Origin: Octopus vulgaris
Taxonomy: Eukaryota
Assembly: GCA_951406725.2 (NCBI GenBank)
Contig: OX597838.1
Coordinates: forward strand, 806,001 to 870,000
Reading direction: 5' to 3'
DNA length: 64,000 nt
A program made the position numbers and the translations under genes. This document shows positions 44,021 through 59,685 of this stretch, one piece after another. The notes beneath the pieces are model-generated. The model saw only the letters and a program-made list of their open reading frames with translations. It was not told the origin of the DNA and made no database searches. Every line of letters starts with the position of its first letter. The first letter of the stretch is position 1.

Positions 44021-45078
44021 CACATACATTCATACATACATACATACATACATACATACATACATACATACATACATACATACATACATACATAAATACA
44101 TAGACATACAATGTATTGTGTCCATTCATGTTTGTATAAATGTATGACCCTATGTATGTTTTGTCAGAGACTTATGTTGAAGAATTTCAAAAGGCTATGG
44201 GCTTGATGTTTTGGTTGAAAATATACTGGAATATTGATTGGTTAATGTCTGTTGGATTCACGGGTGAAAAGTGTACTCTCGGGTAGATGTCTGTACTCTC
44301 TTATGGATTTACAAGTAGATGTGTTTACCCCTCGGTGGTTAAATAGAAATTTAGATTCCGGGTAGATGAATGGACATACAATGGTTTCGTTAACTGAGAT
44401 TCTCTTAATGCGGGTATTTCTACATAATACGGGTATTTCTACCAGGGAATGAGGCATTCAGAATATACAATATTCATATTGTAGCGGGGAAAAAATATAG
44501 GATTCTGAGATATTGCAAAGCGTGGGTTTGTGTAATAACTGGAAAAGACAAATCGGTTCCAAATGGATATTACTAGGTGAGTGTAGAGTATAGATGAACC
44601 AAGACGGAGGGGAAAGTATAGATGGCAATTAGGTGGAATCATAAAACCGTTAAAAATGGTTTTTGCTTTCATTTAATAACTCGAAATGACGTATTTTGTG
44701 TCATTTCTACTTCGTTGCTTCCACGAATCGGAACATGATACTTTCCAGTTTTTTTAAATCAGTCTCTCAAATATTTTTCCAGCTTTTATAAACCAAAACT
44801 ACTTTATTTTATTATAAACAGGTATTGAGTTCTTTGTTTTAGTTTATGTTTCTTCCTCCAAACTCATACATTCCAATATATATAATGTATATATTATATA
44901 AATTATACGAGATCATATATAACACGACCACAAGCCAAAGTTCGTGGTTGTGAATTGAAGAGAAAGGAAATTGCACGACCCAGTCAAAAAATACTCGAAG
45001 ACATTAAATATTAAAATTCCGAGAACAATGAAACGAACGCACCTCTCCTATGTCACGGCGAAGGAATATGGCAAATGA

Positions 45079-45128
45079 ATCTCGAAACGGACCGTTTCAC
45101 GGCTCATTGCCTGCTCCTCAGAGGAGAT
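45079..45128 (-). ncRNA. Degenerate hammerhead motif at the end of a ~1-kb unique block (44150-45180), probably Penelope-like
   Basis: Minus strand ATCTC-CT-CTGAGGA-GCAGGC-AATGA-GCCGT-GAAAC-GGTCC-GT-T-TC-GAGAT; stem I ATCTC/GAGAT with 2 proximal mismatches. Confidence 0.45.
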
Positions 45129-45775
45129 GTAACAGGTTTCCTTCCTAAGTCACCAGCATAGAATATTCAGCTGTTATAAAGTAGTCATATTATTAGCCTA
45201 TCACAAAGGGGGATGGTTTAATTTGCATAATTGTACTTATTGACGATTCATCACTAATTAAGCGACATATATTCTCTGCACAACACAGCGTGAATCGGGA
45301 AGAGAGAAATAAATTTATGCATTGAAAGTCTTAGCTGTAAGAGAAATGTATCAATGTAAACATAATCCTTCAACGATTTAGACGGGTGGAGAGAAAAAAC
45401 AAAGCGGTGAGGGCTTCTTGGCGGGTTGCTCTCATTTTTGCACTCTTCAAAAACCCAAAAGGAATGTGTTTACAATTGAATGATTTCTTCTCACAGCTAA
45501 AGCTTTCTAATTAATTCATTATCTTACAGACCTTCATACTCACCCTGGGTTCTTTATAATTATGTGTCTGTGTGCGCACGTATGCACGTATTGATGCATA
45601 TATTTGTGCATACATTATATACATATATGTGCTTCTGTGCATGTGAGCACGCATGTGTGTACATGCGTATATATGTGTTGTGTATATGTGTATATACGTG
45701 CGTCTGTATGTGTGTAAATGTGTCTGTCTATGAGTGTGTGTGTGTGTGTGTGTGTGTATGCATGTATGTATGTAT

Positions 45776-45838
<63 letters not shown>

Positions 45839-45904
45839 TACCTATGCATGTATAAATATTCAGATATAGTTGCATATATATATGTATGTGTATGTATGTA
45901 TGTA

Positions 45905-45986
<82 letters not shown>

Positions 45987-46025
45987 TTGTATATGTACAC
46001 TATGTATATACACACCCATACATCT

Positions 46026-46089
<64 letters not shown>

Positions 46090-46173
46090 GAGACTTATTC
46101 TCTACCATTTTCTATTTATTTGCGAAGATATTCTCCTATCACTTTAAGAATTATGAACGGATTAAATAGGACG

Positions 46174-46187
46174 GTTGCCATGGTAAC
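46174..46187. promoter_or_regulatory. RFX X-box-like palindrome
   Basis: GTTGCCATGGTAAC conforms to the X-box consensus GTNRCCN(0-3)RGYAAC. Confidence 0.3.
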
Positions 46188-46231
46188 AACGCAGCAACGC
46201 TTCCAGCTGCACTTCACCAACAACAGACAAT

Positions 46232-46800
<569 letters not shown>

Positions 46801-47373
46801 ATAATCAATCGAAGAATGAACACATGTGAGAGGCGAACAACAACAACAATGTTAATGTGAAATATTGTTGATTAGAAGTAATCGAAGTGATCGATGTGTT
46901 CGATGTGATGTGTTGTGTCCCAGGGGAATCTTGTCATCTGCATGATTAGCGTCCCCTCCCCTCCCCCACTAATCTGGTAACCCTTGCAATACACAATGGA
47001 GCAGGAGGGAGCCTTAGGGGTCAGGGGAAAAACATTTTGCCTTTAGGTTGTGTAGCTAGGATTCGTGGGGAGGGGAGGAGAAAGGTGGGTGAGACGTGCT
47101 GTTGGGTGAGGATGATTATGGTGATGGTGATGGTGATGGTGATGATGATGCACAAACAGCTTGTGACGGTGGTGGGTGTGTTCGGGGTGGAAGGCTCGGC
47201 TGGCGTTTTTCATTATATTAACAGCTGGTTGTCCTGGGATGTCCAACATGCTGGACGTGACACCTTGTTACACTAACATACATACACACACACACACACC
47301 CACACATATACATATATATATATATAATATCCACATTCATCTATATGTATATATATATGTATATATATGTATA

Positions 47374-47431
<58 letters not shown>

Positions 47432-47525
47432 CACATATATATATACATATATATATGTATATATATATGTGTATACATATATATATATGTATATATGTAT
47501 ACATATATATGTATGTATATATATC

Positions 47526-47557
<32 letters not shown>

Positions 47558-47597
47558 TATACATATATATATGTATACATATATATATATACATATA

Positions 47598-47666
<69 letters not shown>

Positions 47667-47670
<4 letters not shown>

Positions 47671-47942
47671 ACAATAAAGGAACGGCCATAATAGGCCATT
47701 CACCCACTAGAAATAACAGCCAAAGCTTCAACCGCAAATAAAAGTTAATTCAGTAAACCAGGAGAAAATTTAAAAAACATTTACCCCGTAATTTCTTATA
47801 CGATATCGTATAAGAAATTACAGGGTAAATGTTTTTTAAATTTTCTCCTGGTTTACTGAATTAACTTTTATTTGCGGTTGAAGCTTTGGCTGTTATTTCT
47901 AGTGGGTGAATGGCCTATTATGGCCGTTCCTTTATTGTTGAT
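47667..47942. repeat. 276-bp spacerless palindrome (138-bp arms, one mismatch) within a 47667-48045 insertion in (TA)n
   Basis: Centre CGAT|ATCG at 47804/47805; the only mismatch seen is C47787 versus A47822. Confidence 0.95.
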
Positions 47943-48041
47943 GTTGAACTTAAAAATGGTCTATGACTATTTTAATTTTTTCCTACTAGGCCGCTGGTGG
48001 CAAAAGAATTCTACAAAATTTTTTTTGCCACCCTATATTGA

Positions 48042-48106
<65 letters not shown>

Positions 48107-48295
48107 TGTTTTTATGTTCAGTTATAATTAAAAACAATTTTACATTCATATGATGGGTTGACTCAATACTTTTGTAGAGTACAAATTATTATTCTTAAAC
48201 AAGAGTGGTATCAACAGCTAAGCCATCGTCCGATTATACAAGTCGAGATTTATGCACATACATCACACACACACACACACACGTCTCTGCACACA

Positions 48296-48545
48296 CAGGG
48301 TGGTGCAAAAGTAGGTATACAGTTATGGAAAAAGAAAACACGTATGATATTCATTTATTTTTATAAAAAAAAAGCAAAAGTTACGATAAAAATATTATTG
48401 TAGTTATGATAAATGTATTATTATGATTAACTACACTGAAAATATCAAAAATGAAGCAAACTAATTTAATATGCTAATATCTTTAATGAATTAAATGTTA
48501 TAGGATTGATATGATACTTATTGTGTTCCTACTTTTGCACCCATT
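48296..48545. mobile_element. Tc1/mariner-type MITE
   Basis: CAGGGTGGTGCAAAAGTAGG at left; CCTACTTTTGCACC at 48528-48541; AT-rich interior. Confidence 0.7.
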
Positions 48546-48785
48546 AAAATCCCGAAAGGCCGCGAATCAAACTTTGGCATTGGAAGTTACACAAAAAGCA
48601 GAACGGGGCGCCACTGCATAGTGCCCAAGATCCCAGCATCTCCATAAAAATACAGGACCAGATACTGCAACAGCTTGGGTTTCAAGGGCTCACAGCTCAT
48701 CAATAGCTTTCCAAAATGCCTGAGAGACTTGCATGGTGTAGATGTAGGTGTCTTAAAAAGAAAACTGGATCTCCTCCTGTCAAGA
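48546..48785 (+). mobile_element. CR1-clade LINE fragment (ORF2 C-terminal region)
   Basis: NFGIGSYTKSRTGRHCIVPKIP...YCNSLGFKGSQLINSFPKCLRDLHGVDVGVLKRKLDLLLS; parallels GPALFNIVP...FKRSLDRFL of the 10.7-kb CR1. Confidence 0.7.
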
Positions 48786-49194
48786 TGGAAGATCATGTTC
48801 ATGCCAATGGTGTTGGTCAGACTAGAGGCTGCAGAACTTCTCCTTGTTTAAGGTCATTGCTAGTCAGAACATTACAAGGGTGAGAAGGAAAAGATCTAAG
48901 AACAAGGTAGAAGCAGGGACAAGCCATCTCGATGCCTCTTGCATTGATCGGGTGACCGATGTGGTCAACAGAATGCCATTTGGACACAAATCGAACCCTA
49001 ATCTAAGTCGGTCGGGTCATCTGGAAAGCTATGTTGCTAAACCCTGAAAAAATCAGCAACTCAACACCCACAAGGTGTCCCATTATATACTCTGCTTCTA
49101 CATCCCCCGGTGCCACATACTTTATTATTTTTGCATATATATGTATATACATATACATACATGCATACATACATATATATACATACATGCATAC

Positions 49195-49230
<36 letters not shown>

Positions 49231-49311
49231 ATGTATATATAGGGAAGTAGACGGATTTATGATAGGCCAACATATAGTGAAACACAATACATGTAAAATT
49301 TAAAGTTTTAT

Positions 49312-49348
<37 letters not shown>

Positions 49349-49956
49349 CATTAGCACTCACACAAACACATACACGCGCACTTTGTATGTGTATTGATTT
49401 TTTTCCTTGTTTTCTTTCTAGTCTAATACACGTATAAAATACTTTGCTACTAACACCACCACTTCCACCTCCAGCAGTACCACCACCACCCCCACTACAA
49501 CGCAAACACCTCCTACAGTAGCAACATTAGAAACACCACAACCCACCGCCACCACCACTCACCGCCACCACCACTCACCGCCACCACCACCCACCTACCG
49601 CCACCACCACCAACCGCCACTCCTGGTGCCAAAATTTGGTCAAGCCACACCTCTTGTGTTGCTAGGACGCTTTGAGTCATTCTTTAACTGCATCCTCAAA
49701 TTGCAGAACTGTGCAACATGTTCACACCCCCACTACACCCCCCACACTCATCACTGTACCCTGGAAATATAATACCACCACCATCCTCACCACCATCATC
49801 ACCAGCACCACCATCATCAACACCATCTCCAGCAGCACCGCTCAAAATTGTTTTTTTAATCCATATATATATATATGGTCTATGTTATTTGTTTGTATGT
49901 GTTCCTGCGTGCGTATATACACACACATATGTATATATATATATATATATATATCA

Positions 49957-50335
49957 GGCATGGCTGTGTGGTAAGTCGCTTTGTAACCAACCACTTGCTT
50001 CTTCCGGGTTCAGTCCCGCAGTGTGGGACCCTGGCCAAGTGTTTTCTACTGTAGCCTTGGGTCGACCAAAGCTTTGTGAGTGGATTTGGTAGACGGAAAC
50101 TGAAAGAAGCCCGTTGTATGTGTATGTTTGTGTTTGTCCCCCTATCATCGTTTGACAACCGATGTTGGTGTGTTTATGTCCCCGTAACTTAGCGGTTCGG
50201 CAAAAATGACCGATAGGATAAGTATTAGGCTTACAAAGAATAAGTCCTGGGGTCGATTTGTTCGACTAAAGGCGGTGTTTCAGCATAGCCACAGTCAAAT
50301 AACTGAAACAACTACAAATATAAAAAAATAAAAGA
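49957..50335 (+). mobile_element. SINE family B, full length
   Basis: tRNA-like head, core, short internal (TG), 3' half ...GGCTTACAAAGAATAAGTCCTGGGGTCGATTTG...CAGTCAAATAACTGAAAC. Confidence 0.9.
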
Positions 50336-50545
50336 ATATATGCACGTATGTATATACATATACATATGAACAGGTACACACAGTCGTGTAGTCAAGAATT
50401 ACAGTTCGCAACATGTTGGCTCCGGGTTCTATCCCACTACGCGGCACCTTGAGTAAGTTTCTTCATTTTAGTCACTGACTGACAAGCACAATGGGAATTT
50501 AGTAGCACACACATAGACACACACACACACTCATATGTATACACA

Positions 50546-50576
<31 letters not shown>

Positions 50577-50597
50577 GTATGTATATATAAATGCGGC

Positions 50598-50837
50598 CTT
50601 TTTTTAAAGCCTAGCCAGTCTCATGGGACCGGTTTCCCGGTTTCTATGTGTATGTGTTCCCCAGCTGGACAGGTCACCAGTCCATCGCAGCGTTACTCAT
50701 TTTTGCCGGCTGAGTGGACTGGAGCAACGTGAAATGAAGTGTTTTGCTCAAGAACACAATGCGTCGCCCGGTCCAGGAATCGAAACCACAATCTTACGAT
50801 CATAATGCTGACACCCTAACCACTAAGCCACGCGCCT
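50598..50837 (-). mobile_element. SINE family C head/core with alternative tail type 2
   Basis: Head GGCGCGTGGCTTAGTGGTTAGG...GTTTCGATTCC and core as at 17601, but the tail is GCTGCGATGGACTGGTGACCTGTCCAG...GAAACCGGGAAACCGG...GCTAGGCTTTAAAAAA. Confidence 0.85.
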
Positions 50838-50846
50838 CCACACACA

Positions 50847-50963
<117 letters not shown>

Positions 50964-51404
50964 GTGTGTATGTGTATGGGCTTGCATGTATAGCGGTATA
51001 AGAGTGTTGCTTTCCTTGTGTCCCGTACCAGGCGCTTCAATAAATGGAAATCGATAAAATTTAGTATCAGAATGAAAGAATTACTGGAACGAAATAATGG
51101 ATTAAAAACCTTAAAACTGGTGCTGCAGCATGACCGCACCCCAATGAAGGAAAAAGAGTAAATATTGCCTTTTACTCCATACGTGTGTGTGTGTGTACAC
51201 ACACACACAAACATATATGATATGGAGATGTGTGTGTGTGTGTGTGTGAATGCAAGTATGTGTGCGTAATGTGCGTATATAAGCATGTATGTATATACAT
51301 GCATACTTATGTACGTATGCATGTATGTATGTATGTATGTATTTATGTATGTATGTATGTATGTTTGTATGTACGGACGAATGTATGTAGGTGTATATAT
51401 TGTC

Positions 51405-51443
<39 letters not shown>

Positions 51444-51704
51444 TTCTCATTGTCGATCAAACAAAAGTGTGTTTATGTCTGTTGAATATGTAAAAGAAAG
51501 GGAAAATGTGATGAGTCGGTGGAATGGGTTGAGCATCGGTGGAATGGGTTGAGCATCGGTGGTTATTGTTGTCGTGAATTGTGTCACATGATGTTCTGCT
51601 TTCAAATCCCAGGCGGTTCCAGTTTCTCTTTCATACCAGAACATGAGTCACTCAACCATTCCTTTATGATGCCCTCCCATGACTGTTGCCTGCTGCAGGA
51701 CATC

Positions 51705-54025
<2,321 letters not shown>

Positions 54026-54169
54026 ATGATTTATTTTACTGAAGCCAATTGTGCAAGACATTGAGGACAATATGAAAGCACGATCTACGACAGACAAGTA
54101 AGCAGGGTTTACATGGATCAAAGAGAGAAACTACCTCAACAACAACAACAACAACACACGCTAATAAAA

Positions 54170-54372
54170 TTCTATCACAGCCACAAGACCTGAAATTTAG
54201 TGGGGGAGGGGATCAAGTCGATTGGGTCTACTCCGGTACGCAACTAATACTTACTCTACCGACCCCAAAAGGATGAAAGGTAAAGTTGATGTCAGAAGAA
54301 TTTGAACTCAGAACGTAAAAACTGACGAAATGTCACTAAACAGTTTGCCTTCGGTGTTCACGATTCTGCCAC
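54170..54372 (-). mobile_element. SINE family A
   Basis: ccgaccccaaaaggatgaaagg...aatttgaactcagaacg...cgattctgccacc. Confidence 0.82.
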
Positions 54373-54414
54373 CTGAACAACTACAGCAACAACAACAAGA
54401 ATAATAATTGATGA

Positions 54415-54725
54415 ATGAATTGATCCATCATGTCCGTTTGATTCCAGGATTACAAAGGAAGGCGAAAAACAAAATACAATTCCTTAAAGTTTGCAATTGC
54501 AAGAATATGGAGTATGAAAACTGTGAAGGTTGTGATAATTGGTGCTGCATTGGGAACTGTGAGCAAAGATATAGAGAAATGGTTGAAGGAGATTGGAATG
54601 GAATATCCTGTAGAGCTTCTGAAGAAAGTTTGCCTCTTGGGGACAGGAAAGATTATCAGGAAGTCTTTTGAGCACCTGACAGACTATTGAAAGATTGTGG
54701 ATACCTTGCCAGAAATCAGGCCGAA
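54415..54725 (+). mobile_element. R4/Dong-clade non-LTR retrotransposon 3' end (REL endonuclease C-terminus)
   Basis: IDPSCPFDSRI / KYNSLKFAIARIWSMKTVKVVIIGAALGTVSKDIEKWLKEIG...ELLKKVCLLGTGKIIRK matches the R4/Dong pattern D...PFD...KY..L..EI.R.W...IGALGTV...LQK..LLGT..I.R. Followed by a short UTR and (TAA)n. Confidence 0.8.
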
Positions 54726-54754
54726 CAATAATAATAATGATAATAATAATAATG

Positions 54755-54834
<80 letters not shown>

Positions 54835-54835
<1 letters not shown>

Positions 54836-55035
54836 GTCTCAAATTTTGGCGCAAGGCCTGCAATTTCGAGAAGGATTAAGTCGATTAAATTAACCCCAGT
54901 GCTCAACTGGTAATTATTTAATTATTTTGTCGACTCCGAAAGGATGAAAGGCAAAATCGATCTCGGCTGCATTCGAACTCAGAACGTAAAGACGGACGAA
55001 ATGCCGCTAAGCACTTTGCTCGGCATGACAACAAT
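54835..55035 (-). mobile_element. SINE family A
   Basis: gtcgactccgaaaggatgaaaggcaaaatcgatctcggctgcattcgaactcagaacg. Confidence 0.85.
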
Positions 55036-55349
55036 TCAATAATTAATATGGATAATTTGTCCGTGGATCGGAAATATGATGGTCGTTATTAGCTGCAAAA
55101 GTCAGGTCGTCTGTCACTGTTATGGAGTGACGTAATGTAAATGTATCCTAATTTTTATTAGGTCACGTGGTCAAAACCGAAAACTGTGTCGTTGTATAGA
55201 ATGACGAAGACAAAGCATCCTGACATCCACAAGCTACTCACTACGGCCAATGTTCAGGGCCCCAAGATGTGAAGGATGTGAAACGTTTCACTCAGAGTTC
55301 GAAAATGCGTTAAAAAACCTTGTTCGTGAGTTTGATTAATTAAACGTTA

Positions 55350-55451
<102 letters not shown>

Positions 55452-56510
55452 AACTCATTTCTTTGGGATTGTTTCTACATTATACTGGATAAACACACTT
55501 CAGTCTCTCTATAGATTTGCACCATCAGAATTTATACATCCTGTCTATATACACACCGTCACACTTCTTGTATTCTCTGTATTTATAAGCAATCAATACA
55601 TGTTGACCTTAACTGGGTCAACATTGCTGCTCCCCCTACTACTGCTGCTGTTGCACACAGAAACGTCCTAAACTGCACATAAAAAGGTCATTCGGCTAAT
55701 TAGCACCACCCACCCCACAACACTTCAACTACTGACCCACAAACCTTTTGGTTCCTCTCTCCATGTCTCTTCTTCTGAGATTATAACTCTTTCTGAAGAT
55801 CCTTCCACTCACATGACACGTGATTCTCTCCTCCCCTTCACCTCCCTCCTCATCCCTAAACACCACCCACCCGCAACAATGTCTCCCTCCCACCTCCCGT
55901 CCAACAAAACAGACACACGTTTTTCAGATGACTGAACATAAACACCAAAGCCTCCCAACTTCCAAGGCCGACAACCCCGGCCTCGGCTCCTCTTTACTGA
56001 ATTATATTAAGAGACACAGAGGCGGGGGGGGGACCGGATAAATAAAACACAGAGTGCATTGCATGGACAGACGCAGTCAGTTGAGCAACCATGGACAGAC
56101 TGCTGCTCTCACGACTTTCTGAATGGCACAACCAACGAAAATGTTATCTTAGATTACTTCTAAGTAGTGCGGCCCGCCGGAGGAGGATCAATGTCACACG
56201 CAGCCCACTCCTGATAAAATGGCTGGTCATGCTTGGTATAGACATTGAGGGGAAAGGCAGACACGGTGTATGGATCAGTAGTTTTCAGTGTTTTTAATAT
56301 CCGGGTCGAATACAAAACACTGACTTTTTTAGGGGGCCGCACTAAAAGAAGTTAAAAACAAGTCAATTAAAGAAAAAAAAATCATATTTATAACAGGAAA
56401 GATTATAGTGGGGCGCCGGAAGGATGGTTGAGGGTTGCGTGCGGACCTTGAAGTCGTAGTTGTGAACCGCTGATGTAGATTTAAAGACTGTGAAAATTTG
56501 AGTAGGTGCA

Positions 56511-56885
56511 GGCGTGGCTGTAAGAAGCTTGCTTCTCAATCATATGGCTCTGGGTTCAATCCCACTGCGTGGCACTTTGGGCAACTGTCTTCTGCTATAG
56601 CTCGGGCTAAGCAAAGCATTGTGAGTGGATTTGGTAGACGGAAACTGAAAGAAGCCCGTCGTATATATATCTGTGTGTCCTTGTGTCTGTGTTTTTCCCC
56701 AACAACCAGTGTTGATGTGTTTCCGTCCCCGCAACTTAGCGGTTCGGCAAAAAGACCGATAGAATAAGTAGTGGGATTAAAATTCAGTACCTGGGGTCGA
56801 TTCATTCGACAAAAAATTCTTGAAGGTGGTGCTCCAGCATGACCGCAGTCTAATGAATGAAACAAGACAAAAAAAAGAAGATATA
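56511..56885 (+). mobile_element. SINE family B, full length
   Basis: Colinear with 49957-50335. Confidence 0.9.
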
Positions 56886-56904
56886 AAGACAGGGTATTAT
56901 AGAG

Positions 56905-57298
56905 GGTGAATGGCTGGGTGGCTGGGTGGATGGGTGGATGGATGGCTGGGTGGCTGGGTGGCTGGGTGGCTGGGTGGATGGATGGCTGGGTGGATGGATG
57001 GCTGGGTGGATGGATGGCTGGATGGCTGAGTGGCTGGGTGGCTGGGTGGATGGATGGATGGATGGCTGGATGGCTGAGTGGCTGGGTGGCTGGGTGAATG
57101 GATGGATGGATGGCTGGATGGCTGGGTGGCTGGATGGCTAGATGGCTGGGTGGCTGGATGACTGGATGGCTGAGTGGCTGGGTGGCTGGGTGGCTGGGTG
57201 GCTGGATGGCTGGGTGGCTGGGTGGCTGGGTGGCTGGGTGGCTGGGTGGCTGGATGGCTGGATGGTTAGGTGCTTGGGTGGTTGGATGGTTGGATTGG
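56905..57298. repeat. Compound (TGGV)n tetranucleotide repeat (TGGA/TGGC/TGGG)
   Basis: Direct reading; gives the spurious [11 protein letters not shown]. Confidence 0.95.
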
Positions 57299-57366
57299 AG
57301 TAGATAAACAGTAAATTGTGACCGGATGCAGTGTTTTGTTTTGTCAAAGTTTCTCAATTGTGTGTT

Positions 57367-57406
<40 letters not shown>

Positions 57407-58014
57407 TGTGAGTATGTGTATGGGTGCAAATGTGTATGTATGTGTGTATGTGTGTGTGTGTGTGTGTGTATTTATTAATTGTTTGTGTGCACGCTTGTAT
57501 GCGCTTGCACGCGGGACAGTTGTGAAAATATCTTGGGAAGATATATGGGAAGTCGGAAGGTCATCAGTGTACGGACAATAACGAAGAAATGTTGAGATAA
57601 CACAGCGTGTGTTAGGGCGTGTGTGTGTGTGCGTGTGTGTGTGTGCGTGTGTGTGAGTGAGTGTGTGTGTGTGTGCGTGTGTGTGTGTGAATATATATGT
57701 GTTTGTGATACATAAATGTATTTTAATATAGTAATGTGTGTGTGTGTGTGCGTGTGTTTATTTAGAGGGATGGTAAGAGGAGAAGGCTGTGTTAGAGTGG
57801 GAGGAATTGAGAAAATTGATGAGGAAAAGGCGGAGTAAAAGATAACAATTGAATGGGTGGTAGAGGGGGGAGAGAGAGAGAGTAATAGAGAGAGAGCTAG
57901 ATTGGGAGTGGGTAGGGTGTGGTGTGTTTGATCATGTGACACATAATGATAAATGAGACAGACTGACAAGAGAGAGAGGGAAGAGAAAGAAAAGAACAGA
58001 GGAATCCATACAAA

Positions 58015-58086
<72 letters not shown>

Positions 58087-58673
58087 GCATATACATGTAT
58101 ATTCACACAGAAATTCATTTTTATAAACAAATATGCCTTCTACACACACATTTATATTCATACATATAATTATACATTCGTACACACATGTGTATATATG
58201 TCTGCTTTATACATACATAGCTTATATATGTCTCTATGTGTGTACGTGTGTATGTGTGTGCGTGCGTACACTCACATCTATCCAGGAGGGGACACAGACA
58301 GACAGACAGACGGGTAGACGGACAGAGAAGCGGGTGTTGAATGTAGAGGGGGGGGTAGGTGTATAGTAAATCGCGTCCCAGAGATTGTTTACCAAAAGTG
58401 TGGGGGTCGGGCATGGAAGGGAGAAAAAAAAAGATGGTGTAGGCGGTGACGGAAGTGCAGGCGGCCCAAGGTGGCGTGGAGTAGATGGGTCAGCGGACGT
58501 GGTTTAGAGCAACCATTACGATCTAAAAACACCGACCATGGCCAGTTGTGGAAAGGGACCAGCTAAAAGGGGTCTGAGATGTCGCCGCAGTCAACACGGA
58601 CCAGACAACTTCAGCAGAAAAAGACCAGATATTCTTCATAATGAAGGATAACAGGAATCAGAGATAAAAAGAT

Positions 58674-58898
58674 AACTGGCCCTCCCGTCGGTTACGACGA
58701 TGAGGGTTCCAGTTGATCCGATCAACGGAACAGTCTGCTCGTGGAATTAATGTGCAAGTGGCTGAGTACTCCACAGACACGTGCAACCTTGACGGAGTTC
58801 TCAGGGAGACACAGCGTGACACAGAATGTGACAGAGTATTACTAATTTTTGCCAGCTGAGTGGACTGGAGCAACGTGAAATAAAGTGTCTTGCTCAAG
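58674..58898 (-). mobile_element. SINE family C, tail type 1, head replaced by an adjacent family A copy
   Basis: Tail and core intact up to gtgtcttgctcaagga, then family A begins at ~58906. Confidence 0.88.
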
Positions 58899-58905
58899 GA
58901 TAAAT

Positions 58906-59121
58906 ATTCTTTTTCTACTCTAGGCACAAGGCCCGAAATTTTCGGGGAGGGACCAGTCTTTTAGATCGACCCAAGTATGCAACTGGTGCTTAATTTATCG
59001 ACCCCGAAAGGATGAAAGGCAAAGTCGACCTCGGCGAAATTTGAACTCAGAACGTAAAGACAGACGAAATGCCACTATGCATTTCGCCCGGTGTGCTAAC
59101 GTTTCGGCCAATTCATCGCCT
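58906..59121 (-). mobile_element. SINE family A
   Basis: Near-consensus copy. Confidence 0.9.
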
Positions 59122-59611
59122 TTCAGATACAAAAATATCATCGAGGGAAGATAAAAAAAAACAACTTTTATATCCCGGTGTTGCATAAATAATCTAACGA
59201 AGCAGGGGCGAAAGAAAACATTTACACAACGCAATATGCTTACTATTGCACGGGATTCAATGTTCTCAATCGACGGCCCACAGTGAACTGCTTCTCCATT
59301 CTTTACTTTATAGCAATGTCAGTCCACTTTTAGTCCCTTCGGGGTGGTCGGAATCCTTCAACAACAAAAACTAAGTAAAGTCCAAGGTTAAGAGATGGCG
59401 TGGGGTAATGAAAAAAGAGGAGTATGAAAAACACGTTAGCACCATCACGGGGGAGCCATTTCCCTCAAGAAAGTCCAAATTTTGATCCTGATCAGCACCA
59501 CAACTATAAAGGGCCTTTAATTTAAAAATGTATTCTAAAGTCACTGTAATCTGCTCTACGAATCTGACTTGCTCTCTTCAATCATATTTATACACAACTC
59601 TACACTTATGG

Positions 59612-59682
<71 letters not shown>

Positions 59683-59685
<3 letters not shown>

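Noticed and set aside
51516-51562. 20-bp tandem duplication TCGGTGGAATGGGTTGAGCA; similar small duplications at 18660-18700, 43187-43240 and 49545-49620
   Set aside because: Ordinary slippage duplications with no further structure.
56165-56344. 11-bp inverted repeat TAGTGCGGCCC/GGGCCGCACTA
   Set aside because: Probably hAT subterminal motifs, but TIRs and TSD could not be defined.
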